Source of the DNA: Octopus sinensis
Taxonomy: Eukaryota
Direction: 5' to 3'
Assembly (NCBI RefSeq): GCF_006345805.1
Contig: NC_043015.1
Coordinates: forward strand, 8,122,001-8,186,000
DNA length: 64,000 bases
The position numbers and the translations under genes were made by a program. The notes under the pieces are model-generated. The model ran no database searches. It saw only the letters and a program-made list of their open reading frames with translations, and had not been told where the DNA came from. Shown one piece after another: positions 52,450 to 64,000 of this stretch; position 1 is the stretch's first letter; each line of letters starts with the position of its first letter.

Positions 52450-52705
52450 AAAGGGATGGCGAAAGCGAAGTTTTGGACAACGAAAAACCTGGCTGATGAC
52501 AGTCAAGGCTGATCTGGAACCCAACCTAGGCCCCACCATATCTTCGGCGTTCGCCGCTGGAATAAGCAGTGTTTGGAGATCACGCGGTCGTTAGCCTCAA
52601 ATCGCCAGGCTTGGTCGGCGTTTTTGAGAGATGCAGCATTGAGGATGAATGAAGCCAGCTCAACGAAGCCCTGGTGAATGCTGTCTCAAGACAAGAAGAA
52701 GAACA
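52450..52705 (+). mobile_element. RTE-clade LINE 3' end
   Basis: GWRKRSFGQRKTWLMTVKADLE...FGVRRWNK...LASNRQAWSAFLRDA... followed by a CAAGAAGAAGAA tail. Confidence 0.75.
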
Positions 52706-53500
52706 AAAGAAAGAGCAGCAAATCAAATGTAGCTGACTCCAATAATTGCATGTTGGAAAGGGAAAAACGTTTGAAATAACAGTATTCAAATCATAAAATT
52801 AATGGTTGAGCAGTACTTAGAAGCGACAATGAGCATTGTAATTTCCACCAACAGTAAAACCAATATTTTTGTGGAAAGTATAATACTTACGGCTTCCATT
52901 AAGTGATAATACATTTATCATAACTGCCAATTCGAAGTCAAAATTTATATTCCTTTTCTATGACATTATCAATTCAAAATGAAAAACAAAATCATTTGTT
53001 ATAAAAATATATAAATGCTGAAAAATATCTATGAGTTGTTATAAGAATATGAATACAGAACAAAAAATATGTATCAGTTGTTTCACAAAATATCTCGCAG
53101 ATATAGCACTAAAAAACTTACAAATATATCTCTATAACCAACGTAGCATTGTAATAATTTTCAACGATGAACATTTATGAATTCTTATAGGAATCCTTAT
53201 AACTTATGTTGAAATAATTTTTTTTTAGCAAGTATGTCACAGAGACAGAAATAACTTGAAAAGAGAATACTTTATTGAAAGGAAATGTAGAATATTCTGC
53301 AATAAAATATGGACGAATATTAGAATGACGCAGGTTTCACTGACACACAAAAAAGGTAATAAATAAGATGAAATAAAACAGAAAATTGAGAGAAAGTTTC
53401 CGAGGAAACAGAATCTTGACGCATCAACGCCTTTAGGACAGTCATAAAATACACGAACAAAATAAAAATGGGAACACATACCAAAATAAAAATATGAATA

Positions 53501-54192
53501 GATTTCTTTGCATATATGTTATGAAGGAAAAAAAGCATCTAAAACCATCTACACCTTGTAATCAATCGATAAGCAAACGTGGTTGAATACAGCAAAATAC
53601 AAATCAAACAAATATAACTGCAGTATTCTTATTCAAAGATACAACTACAAACTTTTAGAAGAAGTGTAACGAACAGCATCATATATCTTTGCAACAGATA
53701 TAGCTCAGTTAAACTTACAGAGATTAATGATACTAACGATTGACGAAAATGTTATAGTGTTACACACAAAAAGAAAATGAGAACCAAAATGGCCAAAATT
53801 GTCCAATTAAATATAAATACATAAATAAATATATACAATACACAAATAAACGAGCGAACATATTAAAAACATATTAGAAAATGTTTTAAAGAAAATCATA
53901 TGAGCACAATTAAAAACGTGCGCGACATTTAAAATATAAGATGCAATACGACACAACAGAGTATATTAAATATCGATTATTTTAGAATAATGCTATGGAG
54001 TTACATGTGGTACAATACTAAACGAACAGTGTGATGCTTATGCCTTTTAATACTCCTGCGTGGAAAAATAATGGAAGAAAATGCAAATGATGTTTACCCT
54101 CGTAAAAATTGAAGTACCTGAATTCTTAACTACATAGAAAGTGGGTCGCCCAAAGTGTAGCACTTTCAAAACACGCACACACGTATACACAC

Positions 54193-54246
<54 letters not shown>

Positions 54247-54334
54247 ATCACTTTATATAATTAGGGTTCAGCAAAAAAAGATTTCTATGCATATATGTTA
54301 TGAAGGAAAAAAAGCATCTAAAAACATCTACACC
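53501..54334 (+). repeat. 55-bp direct repeat (2 mismatches), copies 779 bp apart
   Basis: GATTTCT(T/A)TGCATATATGTTATGAAGGAAAAAAAGCATCTAAAA(C/A)CATCTACACC at 53501-53555 and 54280-54334. Confidence 0.9.
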
Positions 54335-56420
54335 ATCTATCTATCTATATATATATATATATATATATATTTGTATATATATATATATGTATATATATAT
54401 GTTTGTATATATATATACATATATGTATGTATGCATCTGTGTGTATCGATATATAAGTATATATGTATATATGTACATATGCACTCAACATATACATACT
54501 TATACACATGGACTCATATATTTATATGGAGATAAATATATGTGTGTGACTATGTCTCTCTGTCTGTATGTATGGCTCCATGTATGCATGTGTATAGTAT
54601 TCCCGGAAGCTGTCACAACGCTAATTGTATGAAGCAGTGTGGAGATAAAAGTCGACGGAAAATAATGATTTACAATCTATACATTTTGATTCTTCGACTC
54701 CGAAAATTGTCTGAATGTAAGAAGTGGGCAACTATACTTAGCTCTGATCTGTGCATATTTAACTATATGTTAGAGAGCCAGACCCGATTAAGATCCTCTC
54801 ATGAGAAGACAGCATTGCTCAACCATCTTTTGTGTAATGTTGTCTTCATTCTATTAATAAGTACAGTCTTTCTCATTCGCATACATCCTAAAATCAATTT
54901 CCTGACATATGTACAATATGTTCAACATTGATGTGTATAATTTGGCGACATATATCGTTTTTATGAATTCGTCTTTTAATGCGAAGCATCTTTCTGACTT
55001 ATAATCCACCAAAGATATTTCGTACTATTCTATACAATTTTACCACTTGTTTATTGATTCCACAACAAGATTTTTCTGAGGAAATCCGTTCCTCTTAATG
55101 ATCGTATGACAGATCTCTAGTGATTGTTTGATTTGATACTACCACGCTACTCATTCTTCAAGGATGTCAGTGAATACCATTAATAACATTTTAAATTGGT
55201 TAGTGTTATTGTTTCTTTGCGTAGCTGCAATCTATCTGTTCTGAATTAGAGTAATTTAATTCTGTATTGAATAAGCTTTGGTAGTGATAACGGGGTTACT
55301 CTGTAATGCACAATTAAAGCAGCAGGTTATATTGCGAAAGTTTGCTTTCATAGCTCTTATGTCATTTTGTGCTAGTAATCTATCAGCTTGTGATATGAGT
55401 TATAATCGGCATATTTCATTTCTCAGTCTAAGTGTTCGTAAATATTATTGATAATGCCATATTGGTATTTTGTTTCCTTACGAGATTTGTGCATGAGGGC
55501 ATCATCTACATACCTTGCGAATAATTAACAGATGTACCTCGTGTTATGTGCTCTACGTTTTATTTGTTCCATGTAAGGGGTAGCTATTAAACATCGGAAT
55601 ATTTAAATATATGTATTCGCGATGTGCATTTAAACGTATAGGTTATGGGTATATTTGGGTGAACTGGTCACAAAACACTTAGCATATATTTGGTGTTTGA
55701 GGACGAGATGTGAACTTATAGGGGTTGCCAGAAATGATATAATTGTTCATTAACCTGGTACAAGAGTGATAAGATAAAGTCTTCTTTAGGAAATGACTCT
55801 CTTTTGTATTTAGATGCATTGGACTTATAGTTATTGTGATTATTTCTGAAACGGTACTTGCTATTGGTTTCTGCAGTGGAGATATGGCTTATGGGATTAG
55901 ATTTTGAAAGTACCAAAGTATCTTAGATAAAGAGCTCCTTTGGTTGCAACAACAGGCCCGAGAACTATTGAAGGCCTAATTGCACACTTCTGAAGAAGGT
56001 GTTGAATGTAGTAAAATTTCCTATCTCTCGTCGTGAAATGTTCTCCTACACGAATCTTGTGCATTTACAAATATTTGGCTAATTTCTATTGATATTCTCT
56101 AAATCTATATATTTCATGCTGTGTTGTTAATTTCGTTATAAGCATTAGTGACAATTACGCTGAATTCTCATCGTTTGTCTGCAGGTAAATATATATTAAA
56201 ACTTAGAAACACTTATTAACTTTCAGGTTCTGTAAGTTAGGAAACTGAGAATTAGAAAGATTAGATAATGACATGGCATATTGCTGTAATGGCTAGCATT
56301 TTAATGTCTGCTTTCGTTTTCGTTGGTGGAGCTTGATGATAGAAGACATTCCAGTTTATTGTCAGCTTCGTTTTGAGCGAATATTTTATTCTTTAAGTTG
56401 TTCTGAAAGAAAAAAAAAAG

Positions 56421-56700
56421 TTACGGAGATGTACTCGCATAGCAAGTAATTTGATCTGAGATCGTGTGCTGAAACGAAAACAATTGCAGCGTGGAAGGTG
56501 TTTATAAGCCATTTAAGAAACACACAAAAGCCGTTCGATTCACTTCAACATTCCGTGCAGCACGGACTTTTTCAGTGAACAGGTCGCGGATTTTAGCGAC
56601 GAAAATATTTTGACAAATTAAACTTAAATGTTGAAGTGAATCGAACGGCTTTTGTGTGTTTCTTAAATGGCTTATAAACACCTTCCACGCTGCAATTGTT
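56421..56700. mobile_element. Repeat element with a perfect 74-bp inverted duplication enclosing a hammerhead-like motif
   Basis: Arms 56479-56552 and 56627-56700 are exact reverse complements; same family as 63662-63873. Confidence 0.9.
56568..56617 (+). ncRNA. Hammerhead-like motif with reciprocally swapped G3-C8 core (GUGAACA)
   Basis: Stem I TTTTTCA/TGACAAA (1 mismatch); GTGAACA 56575-56581; one extra G; stem II GTCGC/GCGAC; GAAA 56601-56604; palindromic stem III AATATT; U17 at 56610. Confidence 0.55.
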
Positions 56701-57069
56701 AAAAAATAAAAGATTCTGCATTAAAGATAAGCTGGTCGTTAAGTAGCTAATATGGCTAATATGAAATTTGGACCTAGATTCATATTTAATCTCATGAGGA
56801 AACGGCTTCCGTCAGATCTGTGACAAATGGGTAACAAATGCAGCCGTTTATCTGCTACACGTTTGGTGCAGTTTAGTCGTAAACTTAGTGTAACATTCTC
56901 AGTACAACATTCTATGAATATAAGAGCATTTAACATTGACTTAATATGAAATTCAGTACATTGAACTGAGTAAGATTACTGTTGATATATTCTCATGGAT
57001 GAAACTGAATATAGAATCAAACTTTAATTTATTTATTTATCTATGTATTTATCAAGTAGGTCCATGAGT

Positions 57070-57510
57070 TGTCAGAATCGTTAGAACTCCAATCAAAATG
57101 CTAAGAGATATTTCGTCCGTCTTTTCGTTCTGGGTTCAAATTCCGCCATGGTCAGCTTTGCCATTCATCCTTTAGTGGTCGGTAAAATAAGCACCAATCG
57201 GATAATGGTGCTGATGTATTCGATTTAGCCATCCCACAGAAATAGCTGACCATGTGTCAAAATGTGAGACCAGTATTTTGGCCATGTCAGGCAGTGAGCT
57301 GGCAGAATCGTTAGCACGCCGGGTAAAATGCTTAACGGCATTTCGTCCGTCATTGTGTTCTGAGTTCAAATTCCACCAAGGTTGATTTTGCCTTTCAGTT
57401 TTCGAGGGTGAAAAAAAATAAGTACCAACTGAGTTCTCGGGTCGATGTAATCGACTTAAACGCTACCACAAAATTGCTGGCCTTGTGCCAAAATTTGAAG
57501 CCAATATTTG
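57070..57510 (+). mobile_element. Two degenerate SINE family A copies
   Basis: CAGAATCGTTAG...TTCAAATTCC twice (about 57074 and 57300). Confidence 0.75.
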
Positions 57511-57877
57511 GGGAAGTTTCTCCCTAATCGATTGGTTGGAATGCTATGCTACATTTCGTCATTTCCTACCACGGACCATACAAGTGAATTTAACGGATAT
57601 TAGTGAATAGGTTTTCTTTATTTTTCTTTTTTCTCTTTTTTATTGTCATTGAAGGAGACTAATATTTAGATAAATGTTGTTTGTAATGTATATCACATTT
57701 ATATTAAATGTGTTTTTTATACACATGTTATTACTTGCTAATATTATTACAATTGCACACATATTTATATAGCCTCGTAGATTTATTTGCCGAAGTAACG
57801 TGGGTGTATTTTCGAAAAGCACTTGTATATTTATATAATGCAACACTGTATGCGATACATAATATATCTACACACAC

Positions 57878-57918
<41 letters not shown>

Positions 57919-58781
57919 CAGACATAGAGAGAAAGGTGGGATATAAAGAGACGCGTAGATACATAGATAGAAGGAGAGAGAGAGAGAGAATTAAAGTGCA
58001 CCAACAGATAAGTGTTAAATGTCGCTGACAAGAAAAGTGTTAGAATGCTAGAATATTCTTAATTGGTCTACCTAAAACTGGCCACTAATATTACAGGTTT
58101 TATGGGCAATTTCTTTATGAATAGTTAAAGAGGGTACAAAACTGCGGTTGATGACGCCATACACAGCTAAAATGTATATACAAGCGCACCTTGTGTCTGA
58201 GAACATATTTGGTAGACATAATAATTACATTCGTCTTCAAACACAATTTCCGCTATTAAATCTAAAACATTTTATGTATATATATATATATACACTCACA
58301 TATATGTTGGTGTGTACGGTATGCATATATGTATGTGTGCGTGTGTGTGTGTGTTTCTGTGTGTATAACTAATAAGAGCAAACATAGAGCGAAAGCGATG
58401 TAGAAGAATTAGACATCATAATCATATAAAGATAACTGCATAGAAGCCACATTTTATCTGCAATAATTGAAGTAAATTAATATATTGATGTTTATATTGG
58501 CACCATCTTTCTACTGCTGAACACCTTTAGTGTTGGGTACAGATCGTAATCAAATTGTCATTGCAGTAACATTCATTTTGTAATTCTTGTCATGTTCTCG
58601 TTCAATGTACTTAAAACTACAGCCCTTTCGCACTCATAAGACTATAATAATATAGAGTTTTATATTATTGATTTATTACGTTTTCACGTAGATAAGGTGA
58701 ATGGAAATATTTGTCCACCTCAAAGCCAATTAATATGCACTACTGATTTATCTCATATTTGGACGCACACACACACACACA

Positions 58782-58813
<32 letters not shown>

Positions 58814-59669
58814 ACACACACACACACACGCACACAAACACAAACATGCACGCACAACTTTCTCCAGTCTCTACCCTTTATTCTATGCGTTAATATTAAC
58901 TTCATTTCTCGTTTCGTTAATATAATTTTCCGTCTGTATATTTACAAATGCTTATCATTAATATTACTTCACAAGTTCTTTGCTTGCAGTATATGTCCTC
59001 TGCTTGCTGTGTATAAATCCTATACGTAAGCATAGATTATTTGAAACACGGGATGCAATTATTTCATAAGAAACGATGAAATAAAATTAGCTTCATCTAT
59101 TATATTATAATACCTTAAAACAGGAAACAAATCATTGTTTTCCATTTTATGAGTCAAAATCACAAGCAGAAAAATATACGCATATATTTCGCTATACACA
59201 CTTAGATATTTCGCGAAATACACACACTGCTACAAGAATATAGAAAAAAATTCTTAAATTAATCAATAAATTCTTGACATCTTTAAAAGATTTAACGTAG
59301 CTAAATGCCTATAATTCCGTTAGAATACCGTATCCGTTCCCTTTCAATAAAGATTTCTCAATGAAGTCACCGAACGAAAGTGGTATAATATTTAATATTT
59401 CCAAGTATATCGGAAAAAGAGCAGGAAACTAAGCTACCATGAAGTCTACTGTTGACTTGCTGTTATTACTCTCCTCTTATATACTGTTATACACTGTTAC
59501 TATATATATATAGATATATAGGGATTTCTCTTTGTCTCTTTCTCTCACTCTCTCTCTTTCTTTCTGTCTCTTTCTATACACATATACACATATATAATTA
59601 TAAAATTAAATATATAATTTTATACACACACATACATACACATAAATACATACATACATACTTACATAC

Positions 59670-59789
<120 letters not shown>

Positions 59790-59860
59790 CAGAGTATAGC
59801 TCCAAACTCACAGGGAAAAATTCGATTAGGTATTAAATCAAATTTCTCAGTATAAATATA

Positions 59861-59967
59861 AAATATGAATTAGAGATAAAACCACTATTATGCAACTCAA
59901 ACAGTCATAGACATAAACTATGTCTATCACTGTTTGAGTTGCATAATAGTGGTTTTATATGTAATTC

Positions 59968-59973
<6 letters not shown>
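59861..59973. repeat. 113-bp palindrome: 55-bp arms, 3-nt AAC loop, 3 mismatches, between (TA)n tracts
   Basis: ATAAAACCACTATTATGCAACTCAAACAGT / ACTGTTTGAGTTGCATAATAGTGGTTTTAT; centre at 59917. Confidence 0.92.
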
Positions 59974-60033
<60 letters not shown>

Positions 60034-60793
60034 AAAAGAAAATAGAGAGGATACAAAAATGACACACATCAGTCGGTAGACTTTATTCTAAAACATAAGC
60101 AAGTATTATAAGAATACATATACATGCAAAAACTGTGTTACTAGTAGAAAGACAGTGTGTTACTATATGTAACTCACGTCTTTTTGCCCTGTTGTCTACA
60201 TCTCTTACCAACTACTCTTGTTCTTCTTTTTCCTGTATTTCATTCTACATTGATTTCCATCACATCTCTCATATATAATCAATTTTATCCTCCCTCAGCA
60301 AGTGATCCTTTCAACTCATTCCATTTTTGTTCATAGCAACACTCACTCGCTCTATTCCTATCATTCTTGCACCCCATTGCCTGTCTTTTACACATATTCT
60401 TTGCATGTGTATGTATTCTTATAATACTTTCTCATATTTTACAATAATTAGAGATAATAGAATGTGTACCGGCTGATGTAGGCCCTTTTTGCATCCCCTT
60501 CATTTTCTTTTTTGCCGTATAAATTAAGGGTAAACCACCGTTTACCCTCGCCTATATATGACACTCGATTGCTAAATTGCCACGCAATAACTAGTACGTG
60601 GGTATTAATAATTTGGTATACTGCCAGCAGTATATTGGATAGGTAAAATCCAGTTGGTTGGGTTCCCAACGCCTAACTGTCACGTAAATATATTATATAT
60701 ATATATATAAAGATTGTTGTAAAGGAACACGAGTTGATATGTATGGAAAAAAGTCAAGGTAGAAAATATTAAGATAATTTTATAAAAAACAAT

Positions 60794-60830
60794 CCAGTAC
60801 CGGTTCCAGTGATTGAGACTTTTTCAACTG
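60794..60830 (-). ncRNA. Hammerhead-like motif with U3-A8 core (UUGAAAA), one core mismatch
   Basis: Minus strand CAG-TTGAAAA-AGT ctcaatc ACT-GGAA-CCGG-TA-CTG; palindromic stem III ACCGGT; GGAA instead of GAAA. Confidence 0.35.
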
Positions 60831-60982
60831 TAAGTATGGAAAACAATTACATTTCGGAAAAATTAATAGAAAAGTTTTTAGAAGAATATGTGCATAGTAT
60901 TCAAATACAAAGGGTATTGTCCTTGTTTTTGCCTTCTCTCTCTCTCTTGTTTAATCTTGTGGGTTCGAGGTCGTTATGTTTA

Positions 60983-61048
<66 letters not shown>

Positions 61049-61338
61049 GTGTGTACGAAGGAGTTACATACAATTTCTCATTTACAAGGCATTAGGTATT
61101 GGTTAACTTGGGATATAGTAGAGGGCGTTTGCTCAAGGCTCTACCCCGTGGCGCTAGGCCCCTGACTACTTTTGGAAAGCAAGCTTCTTAACCACAAAAT
61201 TATGGTGTATCTATAAGGAAATTATCAAGATACAAACCTCTATATGAGATGAGAGCAGTAACTATACGGAGAAGTAATTGTTACCGCCACTTCAGCATGG
61301 TTGGAGTGAACTACTGCGATCTCTAGCGGACGACTATC

Positions 61339-61385
61339 CACCACCGAGGATCAATACAAGGCGCTGGAAACCGTACGGTCTGGTG
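61339..61385 (+). ncRNA. Hammerhead-like motif with GUC triplet and U4C change
   Basis: Stem I CACCA/TGGTG; CCGAGGA 61344-61350; imperfect stem II CAATAC/GCGCTG; GAAA 61367-61370; palindromic stem III ACCGTACGGT; C17 at 61380. Confidence 0.45.
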
Positions 61386-62169
61386 TTCCCGTGGCTGAAA
61401 AATCCCCCTGCTTGCAATTGATATCGGATGCAAATCGGTTCGAATAACTAGGTGTAGGAGGTGTTCTCCTGTGGTTAAAATAGTAATAACGTATTTTCCT
61501 ACGGAATAGCCATGTTTAACTGGCGATAAACATTAACATACGTAAACGCTTGTGTGTGTATGTGTATGTATATTTAGTGATTATGTATCCTCGAACAAAA
61601 TCCTCTCGTATGAAGATTTCTGATGAATATTGAGAAAAATGAAGCAGCAGGTAATTTGCATTGTTAAATCAATGCTTCCTAAATGTGGAAGAAATAATAA
61701 ATGTAACGTTAAAACACAAATATAATGAATGCAAATTAGAAGACGTGATTTTAATTAACAATCAATGTGTTGGCGAGCTAAAACACCGGTTGACTCTGAT
61801 AAAAACATCGGACATTTTTAGGAGTAACATCAATGATTTATCTGAGAAATAACCCCGGTACAATATCACATTTGCTGTTTTCGTGTTTTTTCTTTTATTA
61901 AACGTTCAAGTAATCTGATTGTTAGATTACAGTAATATTATCACTACGCTTGAAAGCTTATTGATCCAATAGAGATAAGAATTATTCTCTTAAATTTCGT
62001 TCCTAAGCATCTTTATTTTTGAAGTACCATGCTTGCAGTGTTTCAGAAACAACGTAAATGTCTTCGATTTTACAACCACGATGCTTTGGAAAGCTTGTAC
62101 AAGAGTGTGAGAGAAATTAAAGAAACGTTTTATATTCAATATCAATTCTCAATGCTAAGTGATGGGCAA

Positions 62170-62490
62170 AGCGCGTATCTTAGTAGATAGGGTTTTCGGC
62201 TCACAATCGTAAGTTCGTGAGTTCGGTTCCCTGCGACGAATTGTCTTTGAGCGAAACACATTATTTTACGTTGTTCCAGTCCATCCATTCAGCTGGCAAA
62301 AATTAGTAGTAACTCTATTTCAAAGGGCCAGTTTTGTCATACGCTGTGAGGCACTGAATCTCCCTGAGAAATACGTTAAATGTACACGTGTCTGTGGAAT
62401 GCTCAGCCACTTGCACGTAAATTTTATGAGCACGATGTTCCGTTGATCGTTCCAGCTGGAACCATAGTCGTCGTAACCGACGGAGTACTC
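62170..62490 (+). mobile_element. Diverged tRNA-derived SINE-like element
   Basis: TTAGTAG.TAGGG...GAGTTCGGTTCCC head similar to 44590. Confidence 0.55.
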
Positions 62491-62498
62491 CTATGTAA

Positions 62499-62574
<76 letters not shown>

Positions 62575-63661
62575 TTAAGTTAACTGGCTTACATATTCTT
62601 AACTCACATTTTTATTTAAACTTAAATAGTCAATCTACTAAATATCGATGATTATAAGTTTTAATTTTCCTATCTTTTTTCCTAACTATATTATCTCCCC
62701 TACATTGTTAATCTAAGTGTTACTGCATCTATTAAACATCTGAACGATTTTTTAATAGTTATAGCCACAGCAAGTATTTACTATCTTAATTAGTTGTAAT
62801 AATTACAACTAATTTCCTACTTTTTAATTTACACCTCATATTTAATACACATAAACGAATGTTTTGGAGGTCATTTATTCTTACATATGATATTGGTATA
62901 ACTTATTAATATGTGGTTATGTGTATTATTGGAAGGATTAGGTTAAATGAAATTTATTTTAATTTTTTATGTTTATTGTTCCTACACTAAAACAACTCCA
63001 TTATATGTAGCTCTTTAAGCATTTCTACTCCTAACTCTTGTTCTCGTTGTTTTCTAGTAGCTTCCTATAAACTACATTCATTAGTTTAATTTCATTCTCA
63101 TGAATATATTTTTTAAATACACATCATACTTAATATTGCTTATAACTGTCAAGTCATATCCTAATTCAAATATATCTATGCTCTTCCACTGGACATTTCA
63201 ATATAACTTTCCTTAATATAATGAAGAAATTAAAAAAAAAAAACATAAAGACAATTATAATCTAGCACTTAAGAAAACAGGATAAATAATATGAAATTAA
63301 GTATAATAAAACAAAAGCATCAATATTAATAGTGACAAAATGTATCTTGATATGAACAACGTAGACAATATTAGTGAACCTAAACCAACCGGTGATTTGT
63401 ACACCCCGACAAACAAACAGAAACTCTCAATAATGGTCATCAACACAAAATTAGCAATAGACAGAAAATCCACAACCACAATAAATGTAGTAACAAACAT
63501 AATCAGTAGGAGCGCCATAACCAAAACTTTACTAAAAGAAAAAAAAATAATATTAACTTTAGCAATTCACGAATCACTAACTACTTTAATAATAATCTAA
63601 ATAAACCCAAGAATACTGACAACAAACATCAAACACATTTAATTATAGATGAAAAATAAAA

Positions 63662-63873
63662 TCTACGGAGATTCACTTGCATAGCGAGTGACTTGATCTG
63701 AGATCGTGTGCTGGAACGAAAATGATTGCAGCGTGGAAGGTGTTTATAAGGCATTTAAGAAACACACAAAAACCGTTAGATTCACACCAACATTAAAATT
63801 TAATTTGTCAAAATATATCTTCGTCGCTTTGAGACCGCGACCTGTTCACTGACAAAACTTCGAAGTTTTGTCA
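63662..63873. mobile_element. Second copy of the 56421 family, ending in a small fold-back; contains the G3-C8 motif on the minus strand (63804-63856)
   Basis: TACGGAGAT...GATCTGAGATCGTGTGCTG...GCAGCGTGGAAGGTGTTTATAAG shared; minus strand TTTGTCA-GTGAACA-G-GTCGC..GCGAC-GAAG..TT-TGACAAA; terminal hairpin TGACAAAACTT-CG-AAGTTTTGTCA. Confidence 0.85.
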
Positions 63874-64000
63874 ATAAATATAAAAAATGAAAATAAATCT
63901 CATTTCATCTAATCCTTCCAAAAATACACATAACCACATATTGATAAGTGACACTAATATCATATGTAAGAATAGATGACCTCCAAAACATAATCTATAA

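Overview
AT-rich, microsatellite-laden eukaryotic non-coding DNA. The abundant tRNA-derived SINEs resemble the octopus OR/OK-type families from memory, so an octopod cephalopod intron or intergenic region is the most likely source (inference). No intact host protein-coding ORF is visible, and most ORF-track entries are (TA)n/(CA)n artefacts. One 15-nt micro-exon candidate lies at 25371-25385. Recognisable transposon content: a LINE ORF1 (gag-like) remnant, two R4/Dong-like RLE-LINE remnants, two RTE 3' ends, two near-complete but frameshifted Tc1 elements, mariner fragments, a Penelope GIY-YIG remnant, many SINEs, and several MITE/fold-back elements. The standout signal is a set of minimal type I hammerhead-ribozyme (HHR) motifs with palindromic stem III, found in at least seven unrelated sequence contexts. 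Five copies sit in a young ~544-nt tandem-plus-inverted array (34959-37750) that looks like a retrozyme or Penelope pLTR array. Other copies carry a reciprocally swapped G3-C8 core (GUGAACA) or a U3-A8 core (UUGAAAA), which canonical CUGANGA searches would miss. All ribozyme calls were made by manual pairing; none was folded computationally or tested.
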